DNA from: Acanthaster planci
Taxonomy: Eukaryota
DNA: 62,402 bases
Assembly (NCBI RefSeq): GCF_001949145.1
Contig: NW_019091359.1
Span: 640,997-703,398, forward strand
Direction: 5' to 3'
Part shown: positions 35,669 to 48,399 of the stretch, one piece after another
How the letters are laid out: every line of letters begins with the position of its first letter
Position numbering within the stretch: the first letter of the stretch is position 1
Notes under the pieces: generated by a model
Told to the model about the DNA's origin: nothing
Seen by the model: only the letters and a program-made list of their open reading frames with translations
Databases searched by the model: none
Made by a program: the position numbers and the translations under genes

Positions 35669-38655
35669 ATGGCGGAGTCTAATTTTAGTCATGCAATACC
35701 GCATCCGACAATGGACTGGGACAGTGCAGATAGACCGCAGGCCTATAAGGATTTCAAACAAACGGCCTCTATGTGGTTGAATGTACATAATATTGCAGAT
35801 GCTGACCAGCACAACTACATTATATTATGGTCAGGCAAGGAGGGCCTACGCATGTTCAACACATGGGGCCTGACAGAGGATGAACTCAGAAACCCTCAGA
35901 ACATTTGGGACAGATTTTCCAAGCAGATAGAGCCCAAGGAAAATTTTCGCATCCATCGCTTGGAATTCCAGCGATTTGTGCAACTCGACACTGAGAGCGT
36001 TGATGAGTTCTATACACGCTGCAAATCTAAAGCCATGAAATGTCAGTTCGCAGATGACGCAGCACTCAGTGAGAGAATCATTGAGGTGTTAATCTCTGGT
36101 GTGAAATATCCTGATGCGCAAAAGAAGCTGTTGCAGAAAGATGATACATTGCAATTGAAGGATGCCTTGGACATTTGCCGGACGCATGAAGCCAGTGTCA
36201 GACACATGGCCCAGTTGAGCCATATTGGCAAAGCCAATGTGGATGCCATCAAAACGCGTGGACATTGCAAGAACTGTGGTGGACAGCACCCATACAGACC
36301 ACGTGACAGGTGCCCTGCATATGGTACGCAGTGCAATGGCTGTGGCAAACAAGGACATTGGCAGCACATGTGTCTCAGCTCAGGCTCAAAACCTCGCCCG
36401 AAACGCAAGTCACGTTCACGCACGAGAGGTTCGTACTCCCCCAGACGCGGCCGTCGACCATCGCGCTCTCAGTCACGCCAGACAAAGGAGGTTGACGCTG
36501 TTGAGTACGAAGTTTTAGCGGCCCAGGACCAGTTTGAGAGCATTTCGTTCGATACTATTCGCATCCAGCATGGTACCAAAGGCGGTGAATGTGCATCTGA
36601 CACCCGCGATGAACTTTTCGCGTCACTCGACATTGAGTTAAAGCATCGTCCAGGATCGCATACGCTCAAAGTGAAGGTGGACACAGGTGCGCAAGGGAAT
36701 ATCCTACCCCTTCGCACATTTCGACGTATGTTTCCACAGCTACTCGACGCTGATGGGTTCCCTACACCTGGCTCTATTACCCCACATGATACGCTCCTTG
36801 TCGCTTACAATGGTACGCGCATCCACCAATACGGTTGCATCAAGCTTCATTGCTGTTACGGTGACGCGGACTGGGTGGATGCAACGTTCTTTGTGGCTGA
36901 TACCGACGGTCCAGCAATCCTTGGACTTCCAACGTCGCGAGCACTTCATCTCATTACGCTCCATTGTGCAGTTCGCAAGGTACCGCCGCACAGCGGAAAG
37001 CTGGCGGATGGTGATGCCTCCCTACAATCGGGACATGGACAGAATACACCCATATGCACTAAGGACGACCTTTGCAAACTGTACCCTGATCGCTTCACTG
37101 GGATTGGACGGTTTCCCGGTGAGTACCATATCGAACTCAAGGACAATGCGTGTCCGGTCGTGCAACCTCCGCGCAAGTACCCCATCCAAATTAAGGAGGA
37201 GCTAAAAGCTGAACTGGACAGAATGGAAAGTCTGGATGTCATTGCTAAAGTGACGGAACCCACTGACTGGGTCTCGTCGCTGGCATTCAGCAGGAAAGAC
37301 AATGGCAGCCTCCGAGTGTGCCTTGACCCACAGGCACTGAACAAGGCGTCCAAACGCACCTACCACAAGACTCCAACTCTCGAGGAGATAACCCACCAGT
37401 TCAATGGTGCGAAAATATTCAGCAAACTTGACGCACGACATGGGTACTGGAGCATTGTGCTGGATGAGGAATCCAGTCTTTTAACGACTTTCAACTCACC
37501 ATTTGGGCGATATCGTTTTCGCCGCTTGCCTTTTGGCCTCAAGGTCTCCCAAGATATCTTCCAGGAGAAAATGGACATGATCTTGGAGCAGTGCCCTGGC
37601 ACTCTTGGGATAGCGGACGACGTCGCGGTGTTCGGGGCGACAGTTGAAGAACATGACAAACATTTGCACAATCTCATGCATGTTGCCCGCAAATATGGTC
37701 TGATCTTCAATCTTGGCAAATGCGACGTGCGTACCCCATGCATCAAGTTCTTCGGTGGCCTATACGACGCATCGGGCGTGCACCCAGACCCAGACAAGGT
37801 CCAGGACATACATGCATTGCCCGCCCCCGGCACTGTCAATGAGCTCCAACAATTCCTCGGTTTCGTGCAGTACCTTGCACCATTTGTTCCCCGGCTGGCT
37901 GACCACACTGACACTCTTCGCGCATTGCTCCGCAAGGATAGTGATTGGCAATGGAATGAATCGCATCAGAAGGCATTCGACCACGTGAAGTCACTGATCA
38001 CTGCAGAATGTACACTTACCTACTTCAACCCTCACAAACCAACAGTGGTACAAGTAGACGCATCCTCCAAGGGACTCGGAGCCGCCCTGTTACAGGACGG
38101 CAAGCCAATCGCGTTCGCCAGCAAAGCCTTGACAGCCACAGAACAGCGATACGCTAATATAGAACGGGAGTTGCTGGCTGTGGTTTTTGGCTGTACGCGG
38201 TTCCACACTTACCTGTACGGAGCAAAGTTTGTTGTGGAATCAGATCACAAGCCCTTGGAGAACATTCAACACAAAAGCCTTGCAAACACTCCACCGCGGC
38301 TTCAGCGCATGATGCTACGTCTGCAACCCTACGATTTCACGATCATCTACAAACCTGGTCGCGACATGGTCCTCGCTGACGCGATGTCCAGATTAAATCC
38401 GGCATCTGGACCTGCGATTCCCTTCGATACGACCATTTATGCAATGCAGTTTTCGCGAGCAAGACTTTCTCAACTGAAGCAGGAGACTGCAAGCGATTCA
38501 ACCCTCCGACCACTGGCAGAGATAATCATGGTTGGATGGCCAGAGAATGCAAAAGACTTGCCAAAATGCCTTCGCCACTTCTGGTCTTGTCGGGATGAAC
38601 TGTCTGTTGATGATGGCCTAGTCATCAAGGGCGACAGAATCGTCATTCCTGAGTC
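35669..38655 (+). CDS. Gypsy Gag-Pol polyprotein (gag with two Cys/His knuckles, aspartic protease, RT, RNase H), open up to the contig join
   Basis: CKNCGGQH...CNGCGKQGHWQHMC; KVDTGAQGN; LDARHGYW, LPFGL, IADD; VDASSKGLGA, YANIERELLA, SDHKPL; no stop over ~995 codons. Confidence 0.93.
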
Positions 38656-38656
38656 N

Positions 38657-40800
38657 CGGGTCTCGTCGCTGGCATTCAGCAGGACAGATAATGGCAGTCT
38701 CCGAGTGTGCCTTGACCCACAGGCACCGAACAAGGCGTCCAAACGCACCTACCACAAGACTCCAACTCTCGAGGAGATAACCCACCAGTTCAATGGCGCG
38801 AAAATATTCAGCAAACTTGATGCACGATATTGGTACTGGGGCATTGTGCTGGATGAGGAATCCAGTCTTTTAACGACTTTCAACTCACCATTTGGGCGAT
38901 ATCGTTTTCGCCGTTTGCCTTTTGGCCTCAAGGTCTCCCAAGATATCTTCCAGGAGAAAATGGACATGATATTGGAACAGTGCCCTGGCACTCTTGGGAT
39001 CGCAGACGACGTCGCAGTGTTCGGGGCGACAGTTGAAGACCATGACAAACATTTGCACAATCTCATGCATGTTGCCCGCAAATATGGACTGATCTTCAAT
39101 CTTGGCAAATGGGACGTGCGTACCCCATGCATCAAGTTCTTCGGTGGCCTCTACGACACATCGGGCGTGCACCCGGACCCAGACAAGGTCCAGGACAAAC
39201 ATGCACTGCCCGCCCCCTGCACTGTCAATGAGCTCCAACAATTCCTCGGTTTCGTGCAGTACCTTGCATCATTTGTTCCCCGGCTAGCTGACCACACTGA
39301 CACTCTTCGCGCATTGCTCCGCAAGGATAGTGATTGGCAATGACATGAATCGCATCAGAAGACATTCGACAACGTGAAGTCACTGATCACTGCAGAATGT
39401 ACACTTACTTACTTCAACCCTCACAAACCAACAGTGGTACAAGTAGACGTATCCTCCAAGGGACTCTGAGCCGCCCTGTTACAGTTTTCGCGAGCAAGAC
39501 TTTCTCAACTGAAGCAGGAGACTGCAAGCGATTCCACCCTCCGACCACTGGCAGAGATAATCATAGTTGGATGGCCAGAGAATGCAAAAGACTTGCCAAA
39601 ATGCCTTCGCCACTTCTGGTCATGTCGCCGGGATGAACTGTCTGTTGATGATGGCCTAGTCATCAAGGGCGACAGAATCGTCATTCCTGAGTCGCTGCAA
39701 AGTGACGTTCTTGAGAGAATACACGCTTCACATCAAGGTGTTACTAAATGCCAGCTGAGAGCTAAAGCGTGCGTGCATTGGCCAGGAATCAACAAGGACA
39801 TTGAACAGTTGATCGGGAGATGCCCTGTGTGCCAGACGCACCAGCGGAAACAGCCCCCTGAACCGCTCTTGCCCCATTCCGTTCCTCAACGATCATGGTA
39901 GACTTTCGCGACAGACCTCTTTCATTTCAAAAATGCTGAATATGTCATTGTCGCGGACTATTACTCTGAGAACACATTTATCCGTCGACTCCATGGGCAG
40001 TGCACTAGCGCAGCAGTTGTCACTCTAACGAAACAAATCTTCAGCGAGCACGGTATTCCAGTGACAGTCGTTAGTGACATTGGTCCCCAATATGTTAGTC
40101 GCAAGTACTGCCAGTTCGCCAGTGACTGGGTTTTTGACCATGTCACCTCCAGCCCTCGATACCCACAGAGCAATGGGTTAATTGGCGGCGGATGATACAA
40201 ACGGTGAAATTGACCTTGACAAAGGCTACGCAGTCTAACATGGACACTTACCTTGCACTTCTTTGTCTGCGTACAACACCGATCGATAACGCCCTTCCCT
40301 CCCCTGCAGAGGTACTATATGGCCGCAAGCTCCGTGACAACCTTCCTTCGAAGATCCGTAATGCGAGGTATTACAAAGAGACTGTCCACGAACGGTTGGT
40401 TGAGCGTCAAGCCAAACAGAAGAAGTACCATGAGGACACCGGTGTGCATACACTGCTTACACTGGTACCTGGACAGTCTGTCATAGTTCGAGACCACCAT
40501 TCCTGTAGGTGGACACCTGCATTCGTTACTGACACTTGTCAGGAGCCTAGATCGTACATGGTTCAAATGCACGATGGCCAATCCCTTCGCCGCAATAGAA
40601 CACACATTCGCGATATTGAACCGAAGAAAAAAAACCTTCGATTCGCTGACCCCTTGTACAGACCCCTAAACCCCAACAGGAGATAACTAACCAGTCTACT
40701 CCAGACCAGCACCATGAAGGAGACAAGAACTTGTCGAACAACCCCAAAACTGTGCCGTACCGTACCTGGAGTGGGCGTGTAGTTAAGAAACCGCAGATAG
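38657..40800 (+). pseudogene. Second, decayed Gypsy pol copy (RT, RNase H deleted, integrase)
   Basis: Near-duplicate of the RT with stops; deletion junction at ~39484; integrase HASHQG..CPVC, ATDLFHF, VSDIGPQY, SSPRYPQSNG. Confidence 0.88.
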
Positions 40801-41254
40801 AAACTGATAGAGACATAGAACTGTTTCACTCACGAAACGAGAGTCTCAACATTGACCATATTGTTCATAAAGTTTTATTGGACATGTTGTTCTATCAAAC
40901 CCCATGTAGTATAGAGTCTTATTGGCTGAACCAACAAGTCACGCTGCATGAAACATACTAGTTTGCTTTTATATTCATGTTTTATTTTGGTTTACCTTAG
41001 ATAATTACATAACCAAGCATTTTGGGAAACAGCTATGTTAAGTGACCAAGTTTAATTATTCCTGAGGCGTTCATACCTGCATAAAAGTTACGCTGTCTTG
41101 TTGCATGCACATATTGTTTAAGATTTGGATTAGAGCCAAAGATAATAGTGTCAATGAATCAACTCATATTTCACTGCTGACCATACAACTACCTGTACAT
41201 TTTGTATGCACTTTCCACTTTTATTACCACCAGTGTATATTCTCAAAAGGTGGA

Positions 41255-41400
41255 TGTAATGAGACTACGAATGACCTCTGACCTGTACCTTCTGTATACC
41301 GTATTGTCAATGTCAGCCATGAACATGTAGCAGGAATAAAGCACAAGCTGAGCGTCTGGACACTGTGTCTTTCTTATGTCTGTCCCAGGATGTCATCACA
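41255..41400 (+). repeat. Gypsy 3' LTR (146 bp), preceded by PPT AAAAGGTGGA
   Basis: Direct repeat of 33078-33223. Confidence 0.92.
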
Positions 41401-41710
41401 GTGGTTATAGAGGGAAGAGAACGTTGAGAGAAGCAGGTTACAGGCAGAATCAGTGTCTTGTTCATCAAACACTTCACCCCATTCATTGTTAGCAAGATCT
41501 GCGTTAAAAGAGAGCAAGATGTAATCATTAATGTCCCTTGAAAAAAAGGTCTTTTGGAAACGCACTGGATTCTGGAAGCGAGACTTAATTCCCACTGGTT
41601 GGTTGATAATAAATAAAACTAGTAAACAAATAAATGATGTAAGAATGTGTCATAATTGCCCGCTACAATATTTCTAGATCCATTTCAAGTTAAAATACAT
41701 CAATCATTAT
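41401..41710 (-). mobile_element. CR1/L2 LINE fragment (region just after the endonuclease), cut by the Gypsy LTR
   Basis: FSRDINDYILLSFNADLANNEWGEVFDEQDTDSACNLLLSTFSSLYNH. Confidence 0.7.
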
Positions 41711-42302
41711 TACGTGCTTGCTAGTGTAACATGCAAATCTGAGGAGAATTTATGTATGTGGCCAAACAGAGTTGTTGAAAAAGACACGGCCACAATGATA
41801 ATAGCGTCTTTACAATGTTTTATTCAGAAACACCAACTGATATCATTGAAAATGTGGTGCTGATGAAGCTAACGAGGAAGACTGACCTGAAGGAAAACTT
41901 CAGGAAAAAAAGACGGAATATTCTGATGGTATTATGGAGCAGGCTCGGTGATAACTTCCTAAACCCACAGTCAAACTTGCGGCCGTACAATTGTAGACAA
42001 ATTGTCTGGAGAGCTGGGAGTACTTAAAATTCCCAGGATGAACCACAGAGAAATACCGGTATCTGTAAGGTTACAAATCTACCACAAAAGGGAAATTCAT
42101 TGACGGTATTGAAAAGAAATCATTGGCTGGGTTTAAAGCGTGACGAATTCTGGGTTTCCACTTATTGTGAGAGAGCAGTTCCTACATATGTGGGTTTTCT
42201 TTTTACTTATTTTTATTTTCTAATTAAAATATGACAAAAATTAATCCCAATCGATGAATGGATGAGACAAAAACAAGAAACAATCAACACGAAGAGCAAA
42301 CA

Positions 42303-42907
42303 GCATGTATTTGCAAGCACGGGGCACTGAAATGAAAGAAAACAGTAAAGGCGCCCTCTATAAACACCATGGGGCAAAGGGCGACAGCACATGTCGCGTC
42401 GTGCGTCGCGTCGTGCTTCAGGCGACGTAATAGGTGTCGCAATGCACGACGCGACGCACGGCTGTACGACGCAACGGGCGACAGAAGGTGCGTATGGTGT
42501 ACTATTTACGACAAACATTTCTCTCTCTCTTGCCTCCCTCCAGGCGACGCACCCAGACGACACTACGGCACGACGGCTCCCTTGTGTCGTGCCGTCGGTT
42601 CGAACCGTCGCTTTTTTGCCATTTCGTCTGTACACACACGACGCGTCGCGTCGTGCCTTCGCCCGTTGCGTCGTGCTGTCTTAGGTCCTTTCCTAGTTGC
42701 ATTTTTTCTGCCTAAACGTCGACCCTTCCGTCGCCCGTCGCGTCGTGTGTCGTGTAGTGCATCATGTGGCCTGAAGCGCGAAGCACGACACGACGCACGA
42801 CGGGAGGCGTCGTGTGCTGTTGCCCTTAGCTTCATAGTGTTTATAAAGGGCACCTTTACTGTTTTCTTTCATTTCCTTCCCCCGGCCCGTGCTTGCACAG
42901 TACATGC
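42303..42907. mobile_element. CpG-rich foldback/MITE-like element with long imperfect inverted arms
   Basis: Left arm GCATGTATTTGCAAGCACGGG..AAATGAAAGAAAACAGTAAAGG..TATAAACAC..AAGGGCGACAGCAC mirrored at 42810-42907; interior built of CGACG/CGTCG motifs. Confidence 0.8.
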
Positions 42908-43129
42908 CATAGGTACCAGGCCTTAATTCTGTTGTTCTTTTTCGTGGATTCTTTCTACCTTTGTGTTTTCATTGAGAGTGAATTGTTGAAAAAAACGCTG
43001 TTCCTTTTTTTTTAATCAAATGTAATCAGAGAGAGCTTTGCGACTAATCAGCAATGTGTCCAGGAAATAAATAACATTAACATTAGGCTGGGTGGTAACG
43101 ACTTAAAACGGTGGTCAAATTTACGGTGT

Positions 43130-43311
43130 TACAATACGGGCGATTCACAATAGTGCGCCTCCAAGAGTTTGCAACACGTTGACCATTTACAGTGCGCAAA
43201 ATCTGTCGACCCAGTGCGCGTTTGAAAAAGGTCGACAAATTTCACGCACTGTAATTGATTAACGCGTTGCAATCTCTTGGAGGTGCACTGTTGTGAAATG
43301 CTTGTATTGTA
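43130..43311. repeat. Imperfect palindrome (hairpin MITE-like)
   Basis: TACAATAC..CACAATAGTGCGCCTCCAAGAG..TTACAGTGCG..TGTCGACC mirrored by GGTCGACA..CGCACTGTAA..CTCTTGGAGGTGCACTGTTGTG..GTATTGTA. Confidence 0.8.
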
Positions 43312-43882
43312 GACAAATTGTCTGAAGGAGTGGGAGAACTACTTGGAAACTGCTGGCATGGACCTCGGAGAAATATTTATAAGGTTACAAATATACCACA
43401 GATGGGAACTTCATCAACGGTCTTAAAAGGAAATTGGAGGGACATTCGAACAAGGATCAGCGGGGTGAATTAAAAAGTAACGAATTCTGGGCCTACATTT
43501 ATTATGTGAGAGCACCTACATACGCAGATTTAATTTTTGCTCGTTTTCATTTTTTTTGGATAAAATATGCCAAAAACTAATTAAATTTGATGGATGAAAC
43601 AATACCCCCCCCCAAAAAAAATCAATGCCTGCAGCTCAGGGCATGTATTTTGGAAGCGCGATTGACAGAAATGAGAGAAAAGAAAAGATATCATTGCTGG
43701 GAAGTTAAGAAGTAACAAATTCTGGTTTTGCGGTTTCCACTTGATCTTGATAGAGCAGTTCCTACATATTGGGAATTTCTTTTTTTCTTTTCATCGTTTT
43801 TTCAATAAAACTTGACAAAAATAGCCCAATTAATGAAACGATGAGGTTAAAAACAATGAAAAATCAACACCAAGAACGAATT

Positions 43883-44239
43883 GCATGTACTTTGCAAGAA
43901 AGGTGGACGGAAATGAAAGAAAATGGTAAAGGTGCCCTCTATAAACACCATTAAGCAAAGGGCGACAGCACGCGTGGTGTCGTGCGTCATCTCGTGCGTC
44001 GCGTCGTGCTTCAGGCGACGCGATGCACGACGCGACAAGACGCACCGCACGACAGCACGACGCCACGGGCGACGGCACGACGCGACGCGTCGTGTGTGTA
44101 CAAACGAAAGGACACGAAGGTGATGTTTCGACCCCGCGGCACGACGCAAGGGAGCCGTCGCGTCGTCTGGTTGCGTTGCCAGGAGGGAGGCGAGAGAGAG
44201 AGAGAGAGAAATGTTTGTAGTAAATTGTACACCATACCT
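43883..44239. mobile_element. Second, inverted and truncated copy of the CpG-rich foldback element
   Basis: 44050-44239 is the reverse complement of ~42490-42680; cut off by the Ngaro RT fragment. Confidence 0.78.
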
Positions 44240-45676
44240 GCCTCTCGAGAGCATCGATTTCTAAACCCAAATACGTTAATTTCTTAAGTGGACCTTCTTT
44301 TTTGTGCAATTGGCACGCCAAGCACTTTGCATACCGATTCAAATACCTGCAAGAGTGCTTGGCAAGAATAAGAACTAGGTCCGACGAATAAGAAATCGTC
44401 AAGGTAGCGAGTGATCATCGAACTGTCAGCAATCTCCTTCACTTTGAAGTCGAAAAACGTGCTGAATTTCTCAAAAAGGGAACACGAAATGGAACATCCC
44501 ATAGGCAAGCATTTGTTGTAATAATAGTTGCCCTCGAATGTGAAACTCAAAAGGTCACAACCTGAAGGGGTCACTGGAAGTAATCGAAAAGCCTATTTAA
44601 TATCCGATTTTGCCAACCACGCCCAATGTCCTGCTGCCACCACTAAATGCACTGCTTCATCAAATGAGGCATAATGCACTGTGCATTGTCCTTATCAATA
44701 AATCATTTATTGATCGCCCTTCTGGATAGGAAAGGTGGTGGATGAGCCTGAATGTATTAGGTTCCCGTTTAGGTACTGAACCGATGGGTGAGCACTGCAG
44801 CGTTGGGAATGGCAGGGCTGGGAATGGACCCGCAATTCTAATAAGGTCTGTTCCCTTTTGTATCTTTTCTTTAACAGTGTCAGGGTGAGCAGCAGCTGAG
44901 AGTAGGCATTTGCCTGGCGGCTGTGCCTGCGGCCGTGATATTGTAGCGAAAAACCGTGTGAGAAACCCCTCTCCAGCAGTTGTGTATCAGCTGCCTTAGG
45001 ATAACCCGCTAACCATTTTCGTAAAACATAGATCTTAATTGGTGTTGAGGCGACGAAAGGAATTCCCAGAAGAAACCGTAGTAGCCAGTGTTGAATGCTT
45101 GGCGTGCTCCGTAGACATAGCAGTCTGATTGGGTTTATACTTGTGCCACCCAGAGTGATCAGGGGGCTTACGAACTTGATTGCCCTTACGCCAGCAGTAA
45201 GGTGAACGGACAGTTGTCGACTTCCCTAGCTTGCAAACTGCTGCCCGTGGCCCTGGTAGAAGTTTGTACTACATTTGCGGGCATATTTGCCTGCTCGGTA
45301 ATGAACCCCCAAATGAGGTGGATTTAGGCGGGAGGTAGTGAGGCAGGAGGCCTCGGAGTGAGGTGAGAGGCAGGAGGCAGGAGGCGGGTAGGTCGTGGTG
45401 AGAGGCGGGTGGAAGGGTCGAAACGCATGGTGCGAGTACAAGCAGGGGAAAGGATGAACCGACACGAGGTGCCTAAAACCAACCGGAACTCGACTGAATT
45501 CCTTGAGTGGTCAACGGGCGATATAGCGTTTGATATAGTAATTTATTGTTACAGCAAATCTCAGAAACCTCCTCTGTAGTTAATCAGTCAATTGGCTTAG
45601 CGTGTACAGAATCATTAAGCATAACTGTCCCTTCACTCTAAATCTCGTACCTTAATAACGTGGTGCATAAGACGCT
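44240..45676 (-). mobile_element. Ngaro-type (DIRS order) retrotransposon fragment: terminal repeat, gag remnant and RT
   Basis: IAGPF..P, CSPIGSVPKREPNTFRLIHHLSYP, LAKSDIK.AFRLLPV, KCLPMGCSISCSLFEKFS, YLDDFLFVG, LTYLGLEID. Confidence 0.87.
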
Positions 45677-46125
45677 ATCTTGCATAGAGTTCGTTTGATG
45701 GGATACTTGGCGGTGCCCTCTTCCAAGGCCCAGGCGTTCCTTAGCATGACGGCGGAGCTTACTTTGACCTTTCTCACGAACAGGGAGGCGTTGAGAAGTA
45801 CCACTTGGTAGGTGGGGTCGGATCCGGTGGCCATCAGACAGAACGAGTCGCTACTCCTGATCAGTTTCAGTTTTAGATCGACTCCGTTCAGCACGTGCTT
45901 TTCCTGGAAGAAAATGTCGCTGTGTAGCGGTCCGATCATGTGATCCAAGTACTCATCCCCAGAACCCGGCACGAAAAACTTGATCGGTCCGCCGTCGTTG
46001 ATGGTGGAGATGGGATAGAACTCTTCCCACTGCCCCTTTTCGATGCTGGTCTGCGTTGGTGGAACGGAGAATAGGTCCACTTCGGACTAGATGCACTCGC
46101 AGGACTTGTCGTGCAACAGCGACAT
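45677..46125 (-). pseudogene. Polinton major capsid protein (PY/hexon-like), internally deleted and 3'-truncated
   Basis: EVDLFSVPPTQTSIEKG..YPI..GPIKFFVPGSGDEYLD / GPLHSDIFFQEK..LNGVDLKLKLIRS..LFVRKVKV..AKYPI. Confidence 0.9.
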
Positions 46126-46155
46126 GGTTTTGAGTTGCTGGAGCGTGCGAGGTAG

Positions 46156-46572
46156 TTAGTCAAAGATGTCCTTCGATCGCTTCCTTCTCCTGCCGGCCGA
46201 GGAGGTGGCGCATCTGGTGCCGGCTTTCCCTTTTATAGGTCGTCTCGAGAGGTGGGAGTCCACGCCGCTTATGGCCGTGTGTGCCAAGTTCTGCCCAGCG
46301 GTTTTGAGTCTGTCCCTTACTGCCGATTTAAAACCCTTTCCCTCAAGGGCATCCCGAGCGATTCCAACACCGGTACGTAGGGCCTCGCGGCCCAAAGTCT
46401 TAGCACCCTGCTTGATGAGAGGCATGGTGGAGCGGAAAAGACCGCCCAAAATTCCCCGGAGACTGTACCCTCTCTGATTTCTCGGCCCGGTGAACACCGG
46501 AAGACCGCGGCCAACCTGACCCAAGTAGTTATCCTCGTAATGCTTGACGATGGGGCGATAATATCCGCTCAT
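46156..46572 (-). CDS. Polinton basic core-like protein (PZ / adenoviral pVII-like) with QxGxG motif
   Basis: YLGQVGRGLPVFTGPRNQRGYSLRGILGGLFR..PLIK; Arg/Lys-rich tail ending DIFD. Confidence 0.78.
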   Translation of the reverse strand: MSGYYRPIVKHYEDNYLGQVGRGLPVFTGPRNQRGYSLRGILGGLFRSTMPLIKQGAKTLGREALRTGVGIARDALEGKGFKSAVRDRLKTAGQNLAHTAISGVDSHLSRRPIKGKAGTRCATSSAGRRRKRSKDIFD

Positions 46573-46577
46573 GCTGA

Positions 46578-47320
46578 TCACTGTGGAAAGGTGGACCGCC
46601 GCCTCCGAAAGTGGAGCTTCACGATGACTCTTCTGCTCACAAATAGAATGGGCTAACCGATATCGTCCCTTATATCTGTTTCGATCGTGTCCACGAACTT
46701 GTGCCTCAAGGGGATGAAGTGGGGGCTGTCGTAGGTTTTGGTCACGATGCTGCCGTACTTGCCATCCACGTTCACGATGCGCAGCAATGGGGCGTGCGTG
46801 TCTCCCACGGTCTGGTACTCGACGACATTAGAGTAGAGAAACATCGAATAAAAGGGCCAGAGGTCCACGACTCTCGCTCTCTTTACGGTCCCCGTTACGG
46901 TCGCTCCATCGTGGAAGCTGAGTAAGTTCGCCAGATACCCCAACAGTTTGAGCACTACTCCGTGACCCTTTTGATGATGACCTTTTGAATGTGCTTGTTG
47001 TAGGAGAACCTTACGAGACCACCGTGATCGACGGGTGGTTCAAAACTTGTCTGTAATTCCTCGGGCACCGCATAATACCCCTCTGGAAGGTGGTGAAAGT
47101 GAAATCTGGAATCGGCTTGTCCCCCCGAGCAGGCTTACAGATAGCCCTCGGTCACATTCATCCAACAGAGCGGGTAAGTCGCTTCAGACAAGGCCACCTC
47201 CCAATCCCCGTCAAAAGACAGTGGAGTTGGCAAACTGGAGAAGAAATGGCTGAGCTTATTGTTGGGGTGGACGTCCATGGAGCTATTGCTGGGAAGAGTG
47301 ACATAGAATGAATCCGCCAT
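46578..47320 (-). pseudogene. Polinton minor capsid (penton-like) protein
   Basis: SFYVTLPSNSSMDVHPNN..WEVALSE..YP; MFLYSNVVEYQTVGDTHAPLLRIV; IETDIRDDIG; IVKLHFRR. Confidence 0.88.
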
Positions 47321-47364
47321 GGCTAACCGGTACAATGGTGACCACATCCAGGGGCGGTGGGGTT

Positions 47365-48356
47365 TTAAAGCTTGTGCAGCCTTGTCACCCAGCTGTTAAA
47401 CTTGTCGGGGTAGCCCAGCCACTTGACGAAGTACTCCGTCGTTCCTCCGCGTTTTCACTTCCGCAGTACCCTCTCCACCCCGTACAAATCGTCCGACTTG
47501 ATCACCCGTTGCAGCTCGTGTCCGTAAAAAGTGCCGTCCAAATCATCACCATCGAAATCTTTCAACCGGTACACGGGTGGACGGCGCGGAAGCCGTGCGC
47601 TGACGGTAAAGAGTTCGGTGGTCCAGCCTGGAAGATACCCCTTTTTAAAGGATCTTGCCGCCATGCTGATTCGTACCGGGTCTCCCACGTCGAGGGTGTA
47701 AGAGGTCAGGCGGTGTGTGGAGTCCACGGCGTCGTACAGGGTGTTCCGTACCCGTTTGGCATTTTGTTCGTTTGGCAGAGCGTGGAGGTAGGCTCGACCG
47801 TTGGATGCCGTAAAGTATTTATACATCTTGGTCTTGAGGGTCCGCACTGGCTTTAGTCTCGTGTGAGTGGTGAAGCATGAGATGTTATGCTTCTCGAGGA
47901 AAGACTGGAACAGGCGGTAGGTGAAGTCCGTGCCGTTGTCGGTCTGTAGCGCTATGGGTTTTCGAATTTCAAAATTGTAGCGAAACCCTCGACGAATGTT
48001 GCGCCGGTTTTACTCTTGAGTGGAACGGCCCAGGTGTACTTAGAAAGGACGTCGATGCACGGTAGAAGATATTTGAAATTGGAGTTGAAGCGACTAAACG
48101 CCCTCATATCTACCAGGTCCGCCTGCCACTGGTAGTCGATGCCTCCGACGATGACTCTGTTCCGCTTAAAGCGCTTCCGGACCGGTTTGTGCAGCGTGTA
48201 CGTGGGTTGCTGACTCAGCCTGGTTCGAATCTGCCGCCGATTGACGCCTATGCCGGCCTTTCTGGCAGCGCGGTAGACAGCCTCCGTCCCACCCAACGCC
48301 ACTGGGTGTTGGGGATCGTTGTAAATCCGTTTCAGGTACGTCTGGTACGGTTCCAT
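47365..48356 (-). pseudogene. Polinton retroviral-like (rve) integrase with C-terminal chromodomain
   Basis: YTLHKPVRKRF, QWQADLVDM, IDVLSKYTWAVPLKSK, LQTDNGTDF, RTLK, FKKGYLPGWTTELF, GTFYGHELQ, EYFVKWLGYPDKFNSWV. Confidence 0.92.
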
Positions 48357-48399
48357 CGTTGAAGCCCGTGTTCTGGATGACCACGCTACCGCGACAGCA

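Larger units (their letters stand above)
33078..41400 (+). mobile_element. Ty3/Gypsy (Mag/SURL-like) LTR retrotransposon, assembled as a mosaic of at least two copies
   Basis: LTR-PBS-gag-pol-PPT-LTR layout; leader duplicated (33422-33549 vs 35593-35720) and RT duplicated after the N at 38656. Confidence 0.9.

Noticed and set aside
36043..39241. Antisense and alternate-frame ORFs over Gypsy pol (likewise over P3 genes)
   Set aside because: Shadow ORFs of GC-rich coding sequence with no independent motifs.
35669..39343. 1224-aa polyprotein with two RT domains
   Set aside because: The second RT begins exactly at the single N (38656), a contig join, so it is not a natural tandem-RT protein.
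42213..44287. Many overlapping Arg/Ala/Cys-rich ORFs
   Set aside because: By-product of stop-poor CGACG-rich repeat sequence; no protein motifs.
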